This document shows, piece after piece, positions 62,401-64,000 of a stretch of DNA of 64,000 nt (positions are counted from its first letter, which is position 1; each line of letters starts with the position of its first letter). Both the position numbers and the translations under genes were made by a program. The notes below the pieces were generated by a model that saw only the letters and a program-made list of their open reading frames with translations, did not search any database and had not been told where the DNA came from. This DNA is from Octopus bimaculoides (taxonomy: Eukaryota), in contig NC_068984.1 in NCBI RefSeq assembly GCF_001194135.2, positions 137,119,323 through 137,183,322 on the forward strand. The letters run 5' to 3'.

Positions 62401-63665
62401 CCATATTTACTGGCACAAAAGACACTCGGGCATATTGGATGCACTCAAATTTCAGCAGTACATCATCATCATAGTTTAACGTCCAGCTTTTCATGCTGGC
62501 ATGGGTTGGACGTGGCAAGCCAGGAGGCTGCACCTGGCTCCAATCTGATCTGGTAAAGTTTCTATAACTGGATGCCCTTCTTAATGCCAACCACTCCGAG
62601 AGTGTAGTGGGTGCTTTTTACGTGCCTTAGGAAAAAAGGTTTTTAGTGCTTTAACCCTTTCCTTAATGACCTGGCTGAAACCGGTTCTGGCTCTGAGTAT
62701 GTTTCCATAAGTTTTGAATTAATTCTTTGTTATATTTAAAGTATAATTGAAAGAAACACAGAGAATCTCAAAATAAATATAGTAATGAAAGGGTTAAAGC
62801 ATATAATATTAGCCCAACTTCACATATAGGATCCAGTTTTTTTCATTATTAAGACATTTTTCTAGAAAAACACAATTATGTCTCATATGCCATCAAAAAC
62901 AATTAACTGGGCATTTCAATACATTTTGATAAGAATTGCAGATGGCAGAATTAGTCAGACACTGTATTACTGTATTTATTTCTTTATTGCCCACAGGGGG
63001 CTAAACATAGAGGGGACAAAAAGGATTATGTCGATTACATCAGTCCCAGTGATTAACTGGTACTTATTTAATCGACCCCAAAAGCATGAAAGGCAAAGTC
63101 GGCCTCAGCAGAATTTGAATTCAATATAATGGCAGACGAAAGTGCTGGGATCGATACATTCAACTCAAAATCCTTCATGGTGGTGCTCCAGCATGGCTGC
63201 AGTCAGGTGACTGAAACGAGGAAAAGATAAAGGGTAAAAGATCAGCCCTAAATATTCTCTCTTTTTGATGTTCAGATCTGGCCTCTCATACCTACCCTAC
63301 CTAAAGCATTACTCTAAAAATAAACAATCAGTTCATTGAAATCTCAAAGCTACAAACAGGTAATGCATGACTTAATTCAAATCAATGTGAATAAATTAGC
63401 ATAACATTTGACAGAGAAATCTGAATGTTGAACGGTTAAATGCTTTGAGGTCTTTCTGGAGTTGGCTTAAACTACACTTAGGTCATGTTTATCACTACTA
63501 GAAATAAACAATATTGTGAAACAGACATGCGAGACAAAAGTCATTTTTTTGTGTCTTTTAGCAAAAAATTTCTGCTGTGCTGGAAGTCATAAAATGGGCA
63601 CCAATTCCATGGTCTGATGGTATTCGCATACTAGTAGATGATACTACCAAACTAAAACAACCAGA
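41599..63665 (+). CDS. KNTC1: Kinetochore-associated protein 1 (Rod, RZZ complex), N-terminal ~794 aa in 24 exons, runs off the window
   Basis: The 24 exons join in phase (2384 nt). Segments resembling vertebrate KNTC1, recognised from memory: GTALYQV, RFQTLLRKMRFEEAKNFAEQYGLD, DDHFVVQLCL, WLLEDFIPYVIR, WPSNAL, KYNCKM, VVFRMLDR, WESKALAVI, PWS. Confidence 0.93.
42228..42345 (+). CDS. KNTC1: KNTC1 coding exon 2
   Basis: cttcag|DNESYPNVVSEELGDLFCVAVDNNLSLFVDCQFMMSLKF-G|gtaagt. Confidence 0.88.
43219..43334 (+). CDS. KNTC1: KNTC1 coding exon 3
   Basis: ttccag|(D)FFVDALRYCPDGSFLIVGDKKGIIYIVDTDTSEIIFTF|gtaagc. Confidence 0.92.
44777..44846 (+). CDS. KNTC1: KNTC1 coding exon 4
   Basis: ttccag|NLLAGKKVSEEHAFRKIIVKENT-G|gtgagt. 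Confidence 0.85.
45817..45903 (+). CDS. KNTC1: KNTC1 coding exon 5
   Basis: ttccag|(D)SQWNLLILLSTGELLVFKDLNKDFFASG-G|gtaatt. Confidence 0.85.
46360..46620 (-). mobile_element. Possible degenerate hAT transposase C-terminal remnant
   Basis: RIFPTLICIDILIKTFLQI..CQPNYVESSILS loosely resembles the hAT dimerisation motif FPN..ILLTIP..ERSFS. Confidence 0.3.
46834..46946 (+). CDS. KNTC1: KNTC1 coding exon 6
   Basis: tttcag|(E)DLASKLYKRLAFRSETSKIHRNGATDVIVADKNIITA|gtatgc. Confidence 0.85.
47260..47347 (+). CDS. KNTC1: KNTC1 coding exon 7
   Basis: ctttag|GNGPAVLARWIWTDGKLKITDEVENAQLN-A|gttagt. Confidence 0.85.
48350..48414 (+). CDS. KNTC1: KNTC1 coding exon 8
   Basis: ttgtag|(N)VGIKSIQTTLNGKYFFVLDKN|gtgagt. 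Confidence 0.88.
49176..49285 (+). CDS. KNTC1: KNTC1 coding exon 9
   Basis: ctgcag|ETLSLWDATSLILLEIFSNLTVKGFNVLDTSALSSS-AG|gtaaac. Confidence 0.9.
49970..50114 (+). CDS. KNTC1: KNTC1 coding exon 10
   Basis: ttttag|(S)LKNIRVVILRKEKPSETFLEVRQLPGFECIYQLKLGAVVELTQSNSTQ|gtaggt. Confidence 0.9.
51217..51254 (+). CDS. KNTC1: KNTC1 coding exon 11 (38 nt)
   Basis: ttgcag|ENLNIVEGCTDL-AT|gtaagt. Confidence 0.85.
51527..51589 (+). CDS. KNTC1: KNTC1 coding exon 12
   Basis: ctatag|(I)NPESFESLRFRLITESDAET-CG|gttcgt. Confidence 0.85.
51724..51799 (+). CDS. KNTC1: KNTC1 coding exon 13
   Basis: tttcag|(R)FQTLLRKMRFEEAKNFAEQYGLDIQ|gtaaat. Confidence 0.95.
52459..52578 (+). CDS. KNTC1: KNTC1 coding exon 14
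   Basis: ttacag|SLHKAHLKHILDMLSPWREDTVDNKEELTNKLWPLLKLVK|gtaagt. Confidence 0.9.
53558..53647 (+). CDS. KNTC1: KNTC1 coding exon 15
   Basis: tttcag|DDHFVVQLCLSTSLTTFSDTHKLLEYIKLR|gtaagt. Confidence 0.94.
54305..54361 (+). CDS. KNTC1: KNTC1 coding exon 16
   Basis: tttcag|LTNKPANEKTELDNTLLNK|gtaaga. Confidence 0.8.
54669..54730 (+). CDS. KNTC1: KNTC1 coding exon 17
   Basis: ttttag|VKQVLYRFYTFCFALGRKYY-AA|gtaaga. Confidence 0.88.
54857..54965 (+). CDS. KNTC1: KNTC1 coding exon 18
   Basis: taacag|(K)AEVWEDFKKADLFHKIINSFHSELLHVAFTIWRRHH|gtaagt. Confidence 0.92.
55375..55518 (+). CDS. KNTC1: KNTC1 coding exon 19
   Basis: ttcaag|HEIARLHSVDSLELMLNSLPLHVSITQLQAWLLEDFIPYVIRVIPRSL|gtaaga (AAG acceptor after a long pyrimidine tract). 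Confidence 0.9.
56285..56325 (-). ncRNA. Degenerate hammerhead-like motif
   Basis: tgtg-CTGATGA-cagct attg agcca-GAAAC-ACAG-GTC-catg. Confidence 0.35.
57783..57899 (+). CDS. KNTC1: KNTC1 coding exon 20 (as found)
   Basis: ttctag|AEWPSNALCVMETFYKKFTSLLNMSSDQCMSTPSETALK|gtaaga. Confidence 0.9.
58024..58390 (+). mobile_element. SINE family D (tRNA-like head GGAGGCACAATGGCCCAGTGGTTAGG), near-full copy
   Basis: It has an A-box and a B-box-like GGTTTCGATTCC. Related pieces lie at about 8655-8910, 51020-51110, 52060-52385 and 63870-63980 (-). Confidence 0.85.
59898..60017 (+). CDS. KNTC1: KNTC1 coding exon 21 (as found)
   Basis: ttacag|TYTNFRITLTPLINLITVFRQLEGLYTKYNCKMTAASFAQ|gtaaca. Confidence 0.92.
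61005..61148 (+). CDS. KNTC1: KNTC1 coding exon 22 (as found)
   Basis: attcag|ETIESVVFRMLDRLVAIELMDKTLKEVIHPYIKEYQLNEDDIFCKYIK|gtatga. Confidence 0.95.
62140..62235 (+). CDS. KNTC1: KNTC1 coding exon 23 (as found)
   Basis: ttctag|DLLERTHCINYLGHAHWESKALAVIGYISDVK|gttagt. Confidence 0.93.
63562..63665 (+). CDS. KNTC1: KNTC1 coding exon 24 (as found)
   Basis: ttttag|QKISAVLEVIKWAPIPWSDGIRILVDDTTKLKQP-GA|gtgagt. Confidence 0.92.
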
Positions 63666-64000
63666 GTGAGTTCTGCAACCCATTTTTCTCTCTTTCAGTT
63701 TATATATATTATCATCATCATCATCGTTTGACGTCCACTTTCCATGCTAGCATGGGTTGGACGATTTGACTGAGGACTGGGGAACCAGATGGCTGCACCA
63801 GGCTCCAATCTGATCTGGCAGAGTTTCTACAGCTGAATGCTCTTCCTAACGCCAACCACTCCGAGAGTGTAGTAGTTGTGGTGAAAGAGTATAGCAGGGT
63901 TCGCCACCACTCCCTGCCAGAGCCTCGAGGAGCTTTAGGTGTTTTCACTCAATAAACACCCACAACGCCCGGTCTGGGGATCAAAAGTGCAATATATCAT

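Noticed and set aside
41595-63665. U12-type (minor) introns in KNTC1 or PNPT1
   Set aside because: No donor matches RTATCCTT; all are GT-AG with U2-type donors.
145-63948. Most entries in the six-frame ORF track (CVCV/HTHT/YIYI ORFs, X-filled ORFs, recurring MSSDGGGTNTDT..., [10 protein letters not shown]... and ...GWT peptides)
   Set aside because: They are translations of microsatellites, N gaps and SINE families, and none uses splice-consistent coding exons.

Overview
This is eukaryotic, AT-rich, repeat-dense genomic DNA with nine N gaps (164-470, 3829-4221, 7800-8128, 15471-16240, 20101-20479, 35844-35857, 39113-39779, 56487-56996, 59352-59576). The repeat families look like those of an octopus or other coleoid cephalopod; this is inferred, not searched. 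Almost all supplied ORFs are spurious (SINE, microsatellite or gap), so I rebuilt the genes by hand from GT/AG sites and phase continuity. Two genes lie head-to-head. PNPT1 (mitochondrial PNPase, minus strand) has 7 coding exons from 36854 down to 18049, about 197 aa, and I found no further exon in the remaining 18 kb. KNTC1/Rough deal (plus strand) has 24 coding exons from 41599 to 63665, about 794 aa, continues past the window, and probably has one more exon hidden in a gap. The rest is four tRNA-derived SINE families, MITEs, and remnants of RTE, CR1/L2, Penelope, Gypsy, Tc1/mariner and possibly hAT elements. The most interesting observations are: (1) three minimal type-I hammerhead-ribozyme-like motifs in three unrelated contexts, the best lying inside a small element bounded by 57-bp inverted repeats; (2) two CDE/CHR (DREAM-type) modules and an E2F site between the two genes; (3) a 247-bp near-perfect foldback; (4) inverted SINE pairs that could be dsRNA/ADAR substrates. 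There is no CRISPR array, rRNA or convincing intact tRNA gene. No clearly new multi-gene system is evident.
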